NCBI GenBank assembly: GCA_027452205.1
Contig: DAIDGV010000015.1
Location: 84,171-148,170 of the forward strand
DNA length: 64,000 nucleotides
DNA from: a candidate division FCPU426 bacterium
Lineage (GTDB): Bacteria; Oederibacteriota; Muellerivitia; Muellerivitales; Muellerivitaceae
Direction of reading: 5' to 3'
The notes under the pieces were generated by a model. The model was given only the letters and a program-made list of their open reading frames with translations. It did no database searches and was not told the origin of the DNA. Within the stretch, counting starts at the first letter, position 1. The number at the start of each line of letters is the position of its first letter. The position numbers and the translations under genes were made by a program. Below are positions 1-9,977 of the stretch, piece after piece.

Positions 1-17
1 CAATCTTCAAAAGCCAT
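1..17 (-). CDS. N-terminal tip of a CDS that runs off the left edge (MAFED...). Its position after gatC-gatA suggests gatB, but this is unconfirmed.
   Basis: ATG at 17..15 with AGGAG (27..23) 5 nt upstream. Only 5 codons are visible. Confidence 0.35.
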
Positions 18-116
18 AGACTCTCCTAAAAGTTCAGTCGAGAATTATGAATTTCTAATTCTCAATTTTAAATTTCGGTCAATTTGAATCCGGATACAGG
101 ATTCAAATTTTCATTC

Positions 117-134
117 ATTCAAAATTCAACATTC
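117..134 (-). repeat. Copy A of the 18-nt AT-rich intergenic motif
   Basis: Plus strand reads ATTCAAAATTCAACATTC, starting 2 nt after the gatA stop. Confidence 0.65.
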
Positions 135-135
135 G

Positions 136-1599
136 CTAATCCTTGCGTAGCGAGGGTTTGCGTTTGTGCCATTCGGTGGATTGTTCATAGGCCCAAGCGG
201 CCTTCAGCAAAGTAGCTTCGTCAAAAGGCTTTCCGATCAACTGCAAGCCCACCGGCAGCCCCCCCGCCAAACCGCAAGGCAGTGACAGAGCGGGCACGCC
301 CGCGATGTTGATCGAGATGGTGAAGATATCTTCTAAATACATGGTCAGTGGATCATCGGTCTTTTCGCCGAAGCGGAAAGCCGGATTCGGCGCGGTGGGG
401 GTGGCGATGATATCCACCTTCTCAAAGGCCTTGTCGTAATCCTCTTTAATGAGACGGCGGACCTTCTGGGCCTTGAGATAGTAAGCGTCGTAATAACCCG
501 ACGACAAAGCGTAAGTACCCAGCATGATGCGGCGTTTCACTTCGGGCCCAAAGCCCGCGGCGCGGGTCTTGGAATACATTTCCACGATGTTCTCGCCGGG
601 CACCCGCAAACCATAGCGAACGCCGTCGTAGCGGGCCAGGTTGGACGAGGCTTCGGAAGGGGCCAGAACGTAATAAGCCGCCAAACCGTAAGGGGCGGTC
701 GGCAAAGAGATCTCGACCAGCTCAGCACCCAAACCGCTCAATTTCGCGATAGCGTCCTTGACCGCCACGGACACTTCCTCGTTCATCGCATCGGGGAAGA
801 ATTCCTTAGGGATACCGATCCGGAGACCTTTTACCCCTTTTTTCAGGTCCGTCAAATGATCCGGGCTCGGCACATTGGCCGAAGTGGAATCTTTCGGGTC
901 GTGGCCCGAGATGGCGTTCATCATGATGGCGCAGTCTTCTACATCCTTCGTCATGGGACCGATCTGGTCCAGGGACGAGGCGAAAGCGATAAGGCCGTAA
1001 CGGGAAACCCGGCCATAGGTCGGCTTCAAACCGACGATACCGCACAAAGCGGCAGGCTGGCGGATGGAACCACCCGTATCGGACCCGAGGGAGGCGAAAG
1101 CCTGGTCGGCGGAAACACTGGAGGCCGAACCGCCCGAGGAGCCGCCCGGAACACAGTTAAGGTTCCAGGGGTTCTTGGTCTTCTTATAGAACGAGGTTTC
1201 GGTCGAGGAACCCATGGCGAATTCGTCCATGTTGGTCTTACCCACCGCGACGGCTCCGGCGGCGTAAAGCTTTTCGACCACCGTAGCGTTATAGGGAGGA
1301 ACGAAGGTTTCCAGCATGCGGGAAGCGCAGGTGGTGCGCACCCCTTTGGTACAAAGCAGGTCCTTGATGGCCAGGGGAATGCCGGTCAGCGCCGTTACGT
1401 CTTTCCCCGCCGCCAAACGCTTGTCCGCCTCGGCGGCCTGGGCCAAAGCTTGGTCCCGGGTAATGGTGATGAAGGACTGCACGTGGGGCTCGACCTTTTC
1501 CAAATGGTCCATGACCTGTTTTGTCAATTCGACGGACGAGATCTTCTTGGCTTTCAGTTCACCGGCGACTTCGTGGATGGTTTTTTCGTAAAGTTCCAT
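136..1599 (-). CDS. gatA: Glutamyl-tRNA(Gln) amidotransferase subunit A
   Basis: 487-aa ORF with the amidase signature GGSSGGSA. GatA-like along its full length. ATG start. Confidence 0.95.
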   Translation of the reverse strand: MELYEKTIHEVAGELKAKKISSVELTKQVMDHLEKVEPHVQSFITITRDQALAQAAEADKRLAAGKDVTALTGIPLAIKDLLCTKGVRTTCASRMLETFVPPYNATVVEKLYAAGAVAVGKTNMDEFAMGSSTETSFYKKTKNPWNLNCVPGGSSGGSASSVSADQAFASLGSDTGGSIRQPAALCGIVGLKPTYGRVSRYGLIAFASSLDQIGPMTKDVEDCAIMMNAISGHDPKDSTSANVPSPDHLTDLKKGVKGLRIGIPKEFFPDAMNEEVSVAVKDAIAKLSGLGAELVEISLPTAPYGLAAYYVLAPSEASSNLARYDGVRYGLRVPGENIVEMYSKTRAAGFGPEVKRRIMLGTYALSSGYYDAYYLKAQKVRRLIKEDYDKAFEKVDIIATPTAPNPAFRFGEKTDDPLTMYLEDIFTISINIAGVPALSLPCGLAGGLPVGLQLIGKPFDEATLLKAAWAYEQSTEWHKRKPSLRKD

Positions 1600-1608
1600 G
1601 GGTTTCCC

Positions 1609-1893
1609 TTACATGATCTTCGGGACTTTGAAGTGCCCGCTTTGGATTTCCGGCCCATTGGACAGGACCTCTTTTTGGGTCAAGGAAGGCGCCGGTTGGT
1701 CCGGACGGAAAACATTCTTCATGTCCAACACGTGGGCCATGGGTTCTACTTTGGAGGTATCGAGTTTCGAGAGTTGTTCCACATAACCCAAGATATTGGC
1801 CAACTGTTGGGTGTATTTGGCCACTTCCTGGTCGGTCACTTCCAACCGGGAAAGCTTGGCGACATATTGAACGTCTTTTTCGGATAAGGCCAT
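1609..1893 (-). CDS. gatC: Glutamyl-tRNA(Gln) amidotransferase subunit C
   Basis: 94 aa from an internal ATG (MALSEKDVQYVAKLSRLEV...) preceded by AGGAG. The 152-aa track ORF is an upstream extension. Confidence 0.9.
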   Translation of the reverse strand: MALSEKDVQYVAKLSRLEVTDQEVAKYTQQLANILGYVEQLSKLDTSKVEPMAHVLDMKNVFRPDQPAPSLTQKEVLSNGPEIQSGHFKVPKIM

Positions 1894-1997
1894 AAAAGAG
1901 CTCCTTGGGTTTCGAGGGCGCCTATATTGCCAGAAGGCCTTGGAAAGCTCAACATTTCGCTCCATTTCCATCCGGCCTAGCCGTTTATAATTACGCC

Positions 1998-3392
1998 ATG
2001 AGCCCGAAATCCCTCTATGTCCTAGCCCTGATCGGCCTTCTTTCCACCGGCTGTGCCACTGTTTCACCGCTCTATGTCCCCGCCTCTAACGGGCCCTTAC
2101 GCCAATTTTCCCCCGCTCCGCCCGCCATCATCCGTTTACCAGTCATCATTACCTTGCCAAAGACCGATGCCTTCGGCAAGGACATGCACGAAGTGCTCCA
2201 AGGCAACTTGAAGAAGGGATTGCCCGACCTAGCCCGCTGGACCACCGCTATGGGCGCGGGCACCGCTTTGCGGATGATGAAATGGAATGTCAAAGGCGGC
2301 CAGCTTTTCTTGAGCGTCAACATGAACTGGCTCAAGTCCCTCAACCCGTCGGGCAAAGCGATCCCAACTCCCTCTTCGGTGCCGGTCACTGAAACGCAAT
2401 TCCCGATCCATTGGAACAAAGATTGGAAGCTGGAAGTGAACTCGATGCCTCTTTCGTTGGAAACCAAAAAGATATCGCAGGACATCGGCAAGGCCCTGCA
2501 AAACGCCCAAACACGCTACGACGATATCCAAGCCAAAGAGCTCAACCTTGTATTGGCCGGTTTTTCGAACCTTCTACCGAAGGCCACCGACATCTGGGGA
2601 TTGGTCCAAAACCCGATCTACATCGATAAAGGCATCTGGCTTCTGATCAATCCGGATAGCGTCAGCACTGGCATCATCAACGCCGACCCTCAAAAACCTT
2701 ACCGTTTCAATACGGTGCTGGAAATGACCGCCCATCCGGCCCTTTATTTTGGCGACCATCCTCATGAACCCAAAAAACCCCTACCTCCACTGCAGGTTTA
2801 CCAACCCGGGCGGACCGGCTTTACGGCTATCAGTAATGTGGATATCGACTTCGGGCAAGCGGATCGGATCCTCAACGACCCTAAACTCGGCATCGTCGGC
2901 AAGCCTATTCCCGGCACCGGCGAACATAAGCTGAAAGTCAGGAAGCTGCGGCTTTATGGCGCCGCCGGAAAGATCGTCATCGAGACCCATTTGGATTACG
3001 ACCCGCTTTTGGTCAACCTGTCGGACAAACCCGCCCACATGGTCATTTATTTCCGGGGCACGCCCAGATACAACGTGAAGACCCAGACCATCACCATGAG
3101 GGACCTGGATTTCGACATCAAGACCAATGATTTTTTGGTGCAAGCCGCCGAATGGATCATTAAATCGGACATTCGCAAGGAATTGCGGCATAAAGCCCGC
3201 ATCCCTATTGGGCCGGCCATGAAGAAATTAAAGGAACGCATGAACGTAGTCTTGAACTGTCCCGTGGGGACCCTTGGCCGTTTAAAGACCGATGTCCGAT
3301 CCTTTAAAGTGCTGGAAGCCTTCGTGGAAAAGAACGGCATCAATGCCCGGGTGGACTTGGGAGGAACGTCTGAACTGGATGTGAACTGGTAG
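1998..3392 (+). CDS. Putative lipoprotein of unknown function (possibly DUF4403-like, unverified)
   Basis: ATG at 1998 gives MSPKSLYVLALIGLLSTGC with a lipobox LSTG/C. 464 aa. No catalytic motif recognised. Confidence 0.6.
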   Translation: MSPKSLYVLALIGLLSTGCATVSPLYVPASNGPLRQFSPAPPAIIRLPVIITLPKTDAFGKDMHEVLQGNLKKGLPDLARWTTAMGAGTALRMMKWNVKGGQLFLSVNMNWLKSLNPSGKAIPTPSSVPVTETQFPIHWNKDWKLEVNSMPLSLETKKISQDIGKALQNAQTRYDDIQAKELNLVLAGFSNLLPKATDIWGLVQNPIYIDKGIWLLINPDSVSTGIINADPQKPYRFNTVLEMTAHPALYFGDHPHEPKKPLPPLQVYQPGRTGFTAISNVDIDFGQADRILNDPKLGIVGKPIPGTGEHKLKVRKLRLYGAAGKIVIETHLDYDPLLVNLSDKPAHMVIYFRGTPRYNVKTQTITMRDLDFDIKTNDFLVQAAEWIIKSDIRKELRHKARIPIGPAMKKLKERMNVVLNCPVGTLGRLKTDVRSFKVLEAFVEKNGINARVDLGGTSELDVNW

Positions 3393-3743
3393 TTAGTCGT
3401 GCGACAGGCTGACCTCGAATTCATTGCCCAAAGGGTCTTTAAGCACGATACTTTTCATTTTAGGGTCGGCCAGCCCATCCAAAATGACCACAGCGCCTAA
3501 AGTCTTCGCTTTTTGAACGACCTGCTCTATTTCACCTTCATCCAATTCAAAAACAGGCACTGAATTCGAGCCCTTGAGCTCATCACCGTAATCATTCAAC
3601 AAAAGAGAGAAATTTAGGTTTTCCAAACGGAATGAACACCAATTCGATGAACTTTTGGAAGGTTGTTGTTCAAGAAAAGAAACCCAAAAGGATTTTGCCG
3701 CTTCAAGGTCCTGAACTTTTTGATAGATCGTGCGGATCTTCAT
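3393..3743 (-). CDS. VOC (glyoxalase/bleomycin-resistance fold) family protein
   Basis: 116 aa with a small beta-alpha-beta-beta-beta type sequence. Its ATG overlaps the uvrD stop as ATGA. Confidence 0.65.
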   Translation of the reverse strand: MKIRTIYQKVQDLEAAKSFWVSFLEQQPSKSSSNWCSFRLENLNFSLLLNDYGDELKGSNSVPVFELDEGEIEQVVQKAKTLGAVVILDGLADPKMKSIVLKDPLGNEFEVSLSHD

Positions 3744-5941
3744 TCGATCTTCTCAAGATTGGCCAACTTAGCCAAAAGCTGCTTCTTGCCGTGATTCGGG
3801 AACGAAACTGTCACCTTGAGGTCCTCGCCCGATCCCATCAGTCCCAGCACCATTCCCCGCCCGAACTTAGGATGTTTCACGGTGTCGCCCAGCATATAAG
3901 GCGCCATGACCGGTTCATCATCCCACTCAGGGTCTTTGAGTTCGTCGAACTCTTTCTTCTTGGCGTTGGCCACTTCATAAAGACCGTTCTGGGTTGCCAC
4001 AATGCCCGCGGCCTTGCCGGTAAACTGGATCATGTCCTTGGGGATTTCCGATAGGAACCGGGATGGGGCCCGCCATTGGGGCGTGCCGTAAACATAACGG
4101 CAAGCGGCCCCGGTCAAATAAAGAAGGTCCATGGCCCGGGTCAGGCCCACATAACAAAGCCGACGTTCTTCCTGGACCTCATCATCGGCATCGATGGAAT
4201 TCTGGTGCGGGAAAAGACCTTCTTCCATACCCGTCACAAAGACGATGGGATATTCAAGTCCCTTGGCGTTATGCATGGTCATGAGGGTCACGCAGTTACG
4301 CTTGTCTTCCAGCTTGTCAACATCGGCCACCAGGGAGACCTGGTCCAGGTAACCTTCCAGACTGGGGGTTTCAGCGGTGGCTTCATAATCCGCCACCGAG
4401 TTGACCAATTCCTTTAGGTTTTCGATGCGCATACGGGATTCGTTGGTGTCATCCGTGGCCAGGTCCGTCAAATAACCGGATCGTTCTAGGGCTGCCTTCA
4501 CCAATTCGGAAGGTTTCACTACCGCCTTCAGGGCGATCAAGTCGTCCATCATCTTCACGAAGGATTCCAAGGCTTGGCTGGTCTTTTTGGGGAAATCGCC
4601 GCCTAAGGCCCCCTGCCGGGCCGCGTCCAGCATGGTGATATCCAGCTTTTTGGCGGTCTCCTCAAGCTTTTCGACCGTTCCGCTGCCGATACCTCGGATG
4701 GGCACGTTGATCATGCGGCGCAGGCTGACCGAATCTTGTGGATTAGCGAGAACGTGGAAATAGGCCAGCATGTCCTTGACCTCTTTGCGGTCATAGAACT
4801 TAAGCCCGCCCACGATGATATAGGGGATGTTGTGCCGCCGGCAGGCGTCTTCCAACACACGGGACTGGGCATTCGTGCGGTAAAGCACCGCCACATGGCG
4901 GAAAGCCCGGCCCGGCTGGCCCAGCCTTTCGTAGATGGTCTTCATGACGAACTCAGCCTCGTCCTTATCGTCCTCAGCCTGGTAATAGGTCGGGGTTTCC
5001 CCCATTTCCCGGAGGGAGAAAAGCTCTTTTTCTTTGCGCTGGGAATTGTTGCGGATGACCGCTTGGGCCGCCTGGATGATGGACTTGGTCGAGCGGTAAT
5101 TCTGCTGCAGTTTGAAGATCTTTGCGCCCTTGAAGTCGTTCTCGAACTTCAGGATATTGCGGATATCCGCCCCCCGCCAGCCATAGATGGACTGGTCCGG
5201 ATCCCCCACCACGCAAAGATTGTTCAAAGGATGGGCGATCATAGAAATGAGCTGGTACTGGGAGGTGTTGATGTCCTGGTACTCGTCCACCGAGATATAT
5301 TCGAACCGGTTACGGTAACCTTCCAGCACATCGGGGTACCTTTGCAGCAGCGTGACCGCATTGAAGAGCATATCATCAAAGTCCATGGCGTTGTTCTGCA
5401 TCAGCTTCGTCTGGTAACGCGGATAGATCTGGGCCACTTTTTCCATAAAGATGCCCGCCACCATCTCGTCGTAATCTTTGGGGGTCTTGAGTTCGTTCTT
5501 AGCGGCGCTGATATAAGAATGCACCGCCTGGGGATTGACCTGTTTCTCGTCCCATTTGAGGTCCCAGAGACATTCTTTGATGAGGGCCTTCTGGTCCGAG
5601 TCGTCGTAAATGGTGAACCCGGGTTTATAACCCAATTTGTCAGCGTGCAGTTTGAGGATATTCAGGCAAAGGGCATGGAAGGTGCCGATAAAGATCTCTT
5701 TAGCCTTCTTGCCCGCCAAGTTGGCGACCCGTTCCCGCATTTCCTGGGCCGCTTTGTTGGTGAAAGTAACCGCCAGGATACGGAAAGGCGAAACATTCAA
5801 TTCTTCCATGAGACGGACAATCCGGAAGGTGACGACCCGGGTCTTGCCGGACCCGGCCCCGGCCAGGATCAGCGCCGGACCGGCGTTGTGAAACACCGCG
5901 CCGCGTTGCTCTTCATTGAGGTCTTGATAAGTCTTTTTCAT
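3740..5941 (-). CDS. uvrD: ATP-dependent DNA helicase, UvrD/PcrA family
   Basis: 733 aa. Walker A AGAGSGKT, DEYQD motif, SF1 helicase motifs throughout. Confidence 0.9.
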   Translation of the reverse strand: MKKTYQDLNEEQRGAVFHNAGPALILAGAGSGKTRVVTFRIVRLMEELNVSPFRILAVTFTNKAAQEMRERVANLAGKKAKEIFIGTFHALCLNILKLHADKLGYKPGFTIYDDSDQKALIKECLWDLKWDEKQVNPQAVHSYISAAKNELKTPKDYDEMVAGIFMEKVAQIYPRYQTKLMQNNAMDFDDMLFNAVTLLQRYPDVLEGYRNRFEYISVDEYQDINTSQYQLISMIAHPLNNLCVVGDPDQSIYGWRGADIRNILKFENDFKGAKIFKLQQNYRSTKSIIQAAQAVIRNNSQRKEKELFSLREMGETPTYYQAEDDKDEAEFVMKTIYERLGQPGRAFRHVAVLYRTNAQSRVLEDACRRHNIPYIIVGGLKFYDRKEVKDMLAYFHVLANPQDSVSLRRMINVPIRGIGSGTVEKLEETAKKLDITMLDAARQGALGGDFPKKTSQALESFVKMMDDLIALKAVVKPSELVKAALERSGYLTDLATDDTNESRMRIENLKELVNSVADYEATAETPSLEGYLDQVSLVADVDKLEDKRNCVTLMTMHNAKGLEYPIVFVTGMEEGLFPHQNSIDADDEVQEERRLCYVGLTRAMDLLYLTGAACRYVYGTPQWRAPSRFLSEIPKDMIQFTGKAAGIVATQNGLYEVANAKKKEFDELKDPEWDDEPVMAPYMLGDTVKHPKFGRGMVLGLMGSGEDLKVTVSFPNHGKKQLLAKLANLEKIE

Positions 5942-5965
5942 GGGTTCCAGGCGATCCGAAATGAC

Positions 5966-5992
5966 AAAGCCCCGCCCTTGAAAGGGCTTTTT
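5966..5992. terminator. Hairpin AAAGCCC/GGGCTTT with a T run, between the PilZ gene and the uvrD start
   Basis: 7-bp stem (5966..5972 with 5984..5990) followed by TTTTT on the plus strand. Its orientation relative to the minus-strand genes is ambiguous. Confidence 0.35.
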
Positions 5993-6085
5993 GATGCAAA
6001 AATCCGGCGAGGAAAGATTGGGACGAGGAATTGTCGTATAAACGGATTTTAAATACCAGCGGGAACTTCACGCCGCCAAGGTTGG

Positions 6086-6451
6086 TTACTTTTGCTTCTC
6101 GACGTAGTTGTGGATCTGGTTCTTGGAGTCCTCATCCAGCACGATGAACTGAAGACCGCAAGTAGTGCCGCTCTTCCAGGCCAGCTTGGCGTAAGCATCG
6201 ACGGTCTTGAACTTTTGGACCTTGAAATTGACCTTGAGGATATCCGTGGGCGAGTTCGTATCGCCCAGTTCGAGGCGGATACCACCTTCGCTGATGTCGT
6301 TCCCCTTGGCAGGAATACCTTTGGATTGGACTTCAAGGATATTTCCGGATTTGGACTGCATGACTGGGTGGATGGTCACATCCCCATCGAACTTGATTCG
6401 GTGGAATTTCCGTTTCTCGTTCTTATCGCTATTGTTGGCGTCGTCTTTCAT
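6086..6451 (-). CDS. PilZ-domain protein (predicted c-di-GMP binding)
   Basis: 121 aa. RxxxR (RKFHR) and DxSxxG (DISEGG) motifs at the canonical spacing. Confidence 0.75.
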   Translation of the reverse strand: MKDDANNSDKNEKRKFHRIKFDGDVTIHPVMQSKSGNILEVQSKGIPAKGNDISEGGIRLELGDTNSPTDILKVNFKVQKFKTVDAYAKLAWKSGTTCGLQFIVLDEDSKNQIHNYVEKQK

Positions 6452-6545
6452 AACAAGCCTCGAAGGTAGGTATGGAAATGTCGTAAAGATATTATCTCAC
6501 ATTTCATATATGGCAAGTCCTACAAATCATTTTAAACACGGGTTT

Positions 6546-8678
6546 TTAACGATAGACTTCCAAATAAAAGGCGGAAGGGACCCAACTGAGGGTTAAGTTA
6601 TTCTTCGACCACTTGAGCGGCACCTTGACCGCGATCGCTTTGCCGTTGGCGTCCAAGGCCCGGGCTTTTAATTTCAGGTCCTGACGGCCACGCTTGAGCG
6701 TGATCTTGGCGCTTAGGGGTTCGAACAAAAGAGGCGCCTTCCCTTTATCTATTAATTTGGTCTTGGCCTGGTTGTAGACCATCCCCGTATTTTCCATACG
6801 GGTCGTACCGCCAATGAGGATATGGGTTGAGTTGGTCAATTCCCTGTCCACCAGCGAAATAGCGCAGATGGAACCGAACCAGTTGGGTGTCGCGACCGTC
6901 CAAATGGAGTTGTTCAGTTTTCGATCGCCAAGGAATCCGATGAAAGCCGTGAACCGGGGACTTTCGACCGCCACTGATCCAGTGATACCCCGCCATAGGA
7001 TCTGCTTCGTGTCACTGTTAAAGCTCTGTTCCTTGGTCTTGACCTTAATATCCATCTCCGCCAGCGGATCGGTCTTCAAATGCTTCGGCCCCGGGTTGAA
7101 ACCCGATCGGTGAGCGAGGGCTTTCAGTTGGTCCAGGGCCTTCAGTTGGGCTGGATCCTGGCTTTTAAGCACGAATAACCGCCCCTGTTTCAGGTCGCCC
7201 CGTAAATAGGCCAAGGCTGCCAAGGGCCATTGCAGCCAAAGCGCCGGCTTGTTCAACAAGTCGCCGTCCATTTCCAACTCACCGCCCCAATCGGCCTCGG
7301 TCACCTTCATCCCTAAGACCGCGTCCCAATTCTCGAACAGGCCATAAGTGGCCATGAGAAGCGGGGCTTCGGACAAGTATTCGTTGGGCCTGGCATCCTG
7401 CCAAAGCACTCCATAAGGAACGCCGAGCGGCCTGGAAAAGGATAGCTGAGCCGGTAAACTCTCGGCTGGACGACGCACCATCGGGTCATCCTTGAACATC
7501 AATGGGAACACTGGATCGACCGCCGGTTTGTTCCAAGCCGCCTGACCAAATGTCAAAAGACCGGGCGGAATGACCGCCGGGTCTTGGGCCAAAACCGCTG
7601 GTAGCGTCAGCTTGTTCAAGTTCAAGAAACAGGTATAGATCCCCTTGGCCTTGAACCCGGCGACCATCCCGACAGCCGCGTCGGGAAAAACATCCACACC
7701 AGCCAAGTTGATCGCGACTAAGTTGCAACCCGAACTGGCCAACCGCCCGGCGATCTGCGCGATCTGGTCAGCGGGCCAAGTAGTCCAACCATCGCCCAAC
7801 AGGGTTCCCCAAAACCGGGCGGGAGTACCGTCCGCGAAAAGAAGTTTTTCGTAGTCATCCGTTTTAACGGCCCCGTGCTTTCCGGCGGGTGCCTCAACCC
7901 AAGCGCTCATATCCAAGGCGCTCCCTTGGACTGAAGCCGTGACACCTGTAAAGGGCAACCATTTCGTCGTGTCCGTCTGGAAGATCTTTTCAGGTTTGGG
8001 GGAAACCGCCGCCACGGCCGTCTCTTGATCTGCCGCGGTCACGGCGAAAAGGATGGGAATGGGCACCTTGCCGACGGATTTAAAAAGGATGGTCTGGATC
8101 GGCTTGTTAGGACTCGGATTCTTCCAGGGAAAGATGCTCAACCCCATCTCGGCGTTCTTGTATTTGTTCCACCACCCCACAAAACTGACCGAGGTGTCAT
8201 CCGCGTACCAAAAATTGCTCAGTTCCAAACCCACGTGCAAGGGAATCACGGTGACCTGTCCATCGTCGTACACGATGTCATATTCGCCGATCTTGATATC
8301 AGGAGCCGTGCCGCCCCAGCGGCAGGTTTGAAGGAAAAATAGCTCGGCAGTCTTGAGATGGTCCACCGGAATGGAGACCGCCTCCGGGAATTCAGATTGA
8401 TGATGTCCTTTGAGGACCACGAAGGACCGGCCCCCATTTTGGACCGGGTCGATGATCTGGAAAGGGATGCCCCGGAAGGTCTGGAGACCGACCGGCAAGT
8501 TCTTGAACCCGATCTTCTCTTGAAGGTCCTGCACATTTTGGGTGACTTCATCGAAAGATTGCGTCACACCCCGGTTAGCGACCTTGGATAGGTCCAAACA
8601 GTGGAACCCAACCGGGTCCGCCCATAGGGTTTTGGCACATATCCCAAAAACAAGAAATAGAAGAGGGGCTTTACACAT
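6546..8678 (-). CDS. Secreted 710-aa protein of unknown function (possibly glycoside-hydrolase-like, unverified)
   Basis: N-terminal signal peptide MCKAPLLFLVFGICAKTLWA. Large multi-domain ORF. No definite catalytic motif recognised. Confidence 0.6.
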   Translation of the reverse strand: MCKAPLLFLVFGICAKTLWADPVGFHCLDLSKVANRGVTQSFDEVTQNVQDLQEKIGFKNLPVGLQTFRGIPFQIIDPVQNGGRSFVVLKGHHQSEFPEAVSIPVDHLKTAELFFLQTCRWGGTAPDIKIGEYDIVYDDGQVTVIPLHVGLELSNFWYADDTSVSFVGWWNKYKNAEMGLSIFPWKNPSPNKPIQTILFKSVGKVPIPILFAVTAADQETAVAAVSPKPEKIFQTDTTKWLPFTGVTASVQGSALDMSAWVEAPAGKHGAVKTDDYEKLLFADGTPARFWGTLLGDGWTTWPADQIAQIAGRLASSGCNLVAINLAGVDVFPDAAVGMVAGFKAKGIYTCFLNLNKLTLPAVLAQDPAVIPPGLLTFGQAAWNKPAVDPVFPLMFKDDPMVRRPAESLPAQLSFSRPLGVPYGVLWQDARPNEYLSEAPLLMATYGLFENWDAVLGMKVTEADWGGELEMDGDLLNKPALWLQWPLAALAYLRGDLKQGRLFVLKSQDPAQLKALDQLKALAHRSGFNPGPKHLKTDPLAEMDIKVKTKEQSFNSDTKQILWRGITGSVAVESPRFTAFIGFLGDRKLNNSIWTVATPNWFGSICAISLVDRELTNSTHILIGGTTRMENTGMVYNQAKTKLIDKGKAPLLFEPLSAKITLKRGRQDLKLKARALDANGKAIAVKVPLKWSKNNLTLSWVPSAFYLEVYR

Positions 8679-8683
8679 GCGGA

Positions 8684-9412
8684 TTACAGGAGTTTCTTGT
8701 ATTTATAGTATTTTGTGATGATATCCGCCACTTCTTCGGGCTTGTCGACCACGTGGAAAAGCTTCAGGTCGTTCTCATCGATGTATTTGCTCTCCAGCAG
8801 GCTGTTCTTGATCCACTCCACTCCACCTTTCCAGAATTCCCGGTTCACGAGGATGATCGGGAAAGGATCGATCTTGTGGGTCTGGGTCAGGGTCAGGACC
8901 TCGAAAAGTTCATCCATCGTGCCGAACCCGCCCGGCATCACCACGACTGCCGACGTATAGCGAAGGAACATGACCTTGCGGATGAAGAAATAATGGAAGT
9001 TCACGGGCAGGTTCACGTAAGGATTCCCTTTTTGCTCGAAAGGCAATTGGATATTGCATCCCACCGAACGTCCGCCCGCCTCGTGGGCGCCCATGTTGGC
9101 CGCTTCCATGATGCCGGGACCACCGCCTGTGATGATGGAAAATCCCTTTTTGGATAGTTTGAAAGCGATCTTACGGGCCAATTGGAAATCCTTGGCCGGC
9201 TCCGGCGTGCGGGCCGATCCGAAAATGGTCACCGCGGGACGTATATCCCGGAGAGCCTCGAAGCCTTCCACGAACTCGGACATGATACGAAAGAGGCGCC
9301 AGGTATCCTGTTCCTTGAACTCATTGGCGATATAAGGGCTGGCCCCATGCGCCGGGAAACGGGGTCCTTTCCGGCGGTCATTTAGTTTTTTTTTGGTCTT
9401 GCGGATAGCCAT
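8684..9412 (-). CDS. LOG family (TIGR00730-type) nucleotide 5'-monophosphate phosphoribohydrolase
   Basis: 242 aa. GGGPGIMEA and PGGFGTMDELFE motifs. GAGGA SD. Confidence 0.85.
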   Translation of the reverse strand: MAIRKTKKKLNDRRKGPRFPAHGASPYIANEFKEQDTWRLFRIMSEFVEGFEALRDIRPAVTIFGSARTPEPAKDFQLARKIAFKLSKKGFSIITGGGPGIMEAANMGAHEAGGRSVGCNIQLPFEQKGNPYVNLPVNFHYFFIRKVMFLRYTSAVVVMPGGFGTMDELFEVLTLTQTHKIDPFPIILVNREFWKGGVEWIKNSLLESKYIDENDLKLFHVVDKPEEVADIITKYYKYKKLL

Positions 9413-9433
9413 GGTTCCTCTTTCTTGGCTGGT

Positions 9434-9868
9434 TTAAATGACAACGGGCCCCGAAGGCTCGATGGCGTCTTGGATACGCCGGGCATGGTCCGTGATCAAA
9501 GCGGGAAGCTGGTCCAGGTCAAAGTAACGGATCTCACTGGTCTCGGGACTGGAAGTTATTGTACCACCAATGACATCGCACAAAAACGAAACCCGCACCG
9601 TGTGCCACTCCGGCCCCTGGGCGATGTGAAGGGAATTTTCCGGGTCCGAGTAGATACCGATTAGACGTATCACGCAGCCCTTCAAGCCCGTTTCCTCGAA
9701 AAGTTCCCGGAGACAGGCCTTCTCCAAGGTCTCGCCCAAATCCACGTGGCCGCCGGGCAAGCACCATAATCCGTTGTCCGTACGCTTGGCCAAAAGCACT
9801 TGTTTCTTGTCGTTGAAGACTACCGCGTTGACGGCGATCTTAGGAGTGACTTGGGGTCGATGGGCCAT
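9434..9868 (-). CDS. NUDIX hydrolase
   Basis: 144 aa from the internal ATG (MAHRPQ...). Complete Nudix box GHVDLGETLEKACLRELFEETGL. The longer track ORF would overlap rpsI and its terminator. Confidence 0.8.
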   Translation of the reverse strand: MAHRPQVTPKIAVNAVVFNDKKQVLLAKRTDNGLWCLPGGHVDLGETLEKACLRELFEETGLKGCVIRLIGIYSDPENSLHIAQGPEWHTVRVSFLCDVIGGTITSSPETSEIRYFDLDQLPALITDHARRIQDAIEPSGPVVI

Positions 9869-9900
9869 AGGGACGCCTTTAGAAAATAGATATGCCTGGA

Positions 9901-9936
9901 AACAAAAAATCCCGCGTTCGATAAAGAACGCGGGAT
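9901..9936 (-). terminator. Rho-independent terminator after rpsI
   Basis: Perfect 11-bp stem ATCCCGCGTTC/GAACGCGGGAT with a 6-nt loop, followed by TTTTTTGTT on the minus strand. Confidence 0.75.
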
Positions 9937-9977
9937 CGGTGAACCTTGGCCCTCCCTGTGTAAGCAGGCGCCAAATA

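Noticed and set aside
4736-6052. Very long plus-strand ORFs antisense to clear genes. Examples are 438 aa opposite uvrD, 856..1887 opposite gatA, 18375..19454 opposite mqnE, 21577..22809 opposite the ubiD-like gene, 43275..44393 opposite ilvB and 56704..57669 opposite rplR/rplF.
   Set aside because: Their translations are low-complexity and rich in R, G, H, L and D, with no recognisable motifs, while the opposite strand encodes unmistakable conserved proteins. Stop-free antisense frames are expected when the sense genes avoid TTA, CTA and TCA codons.
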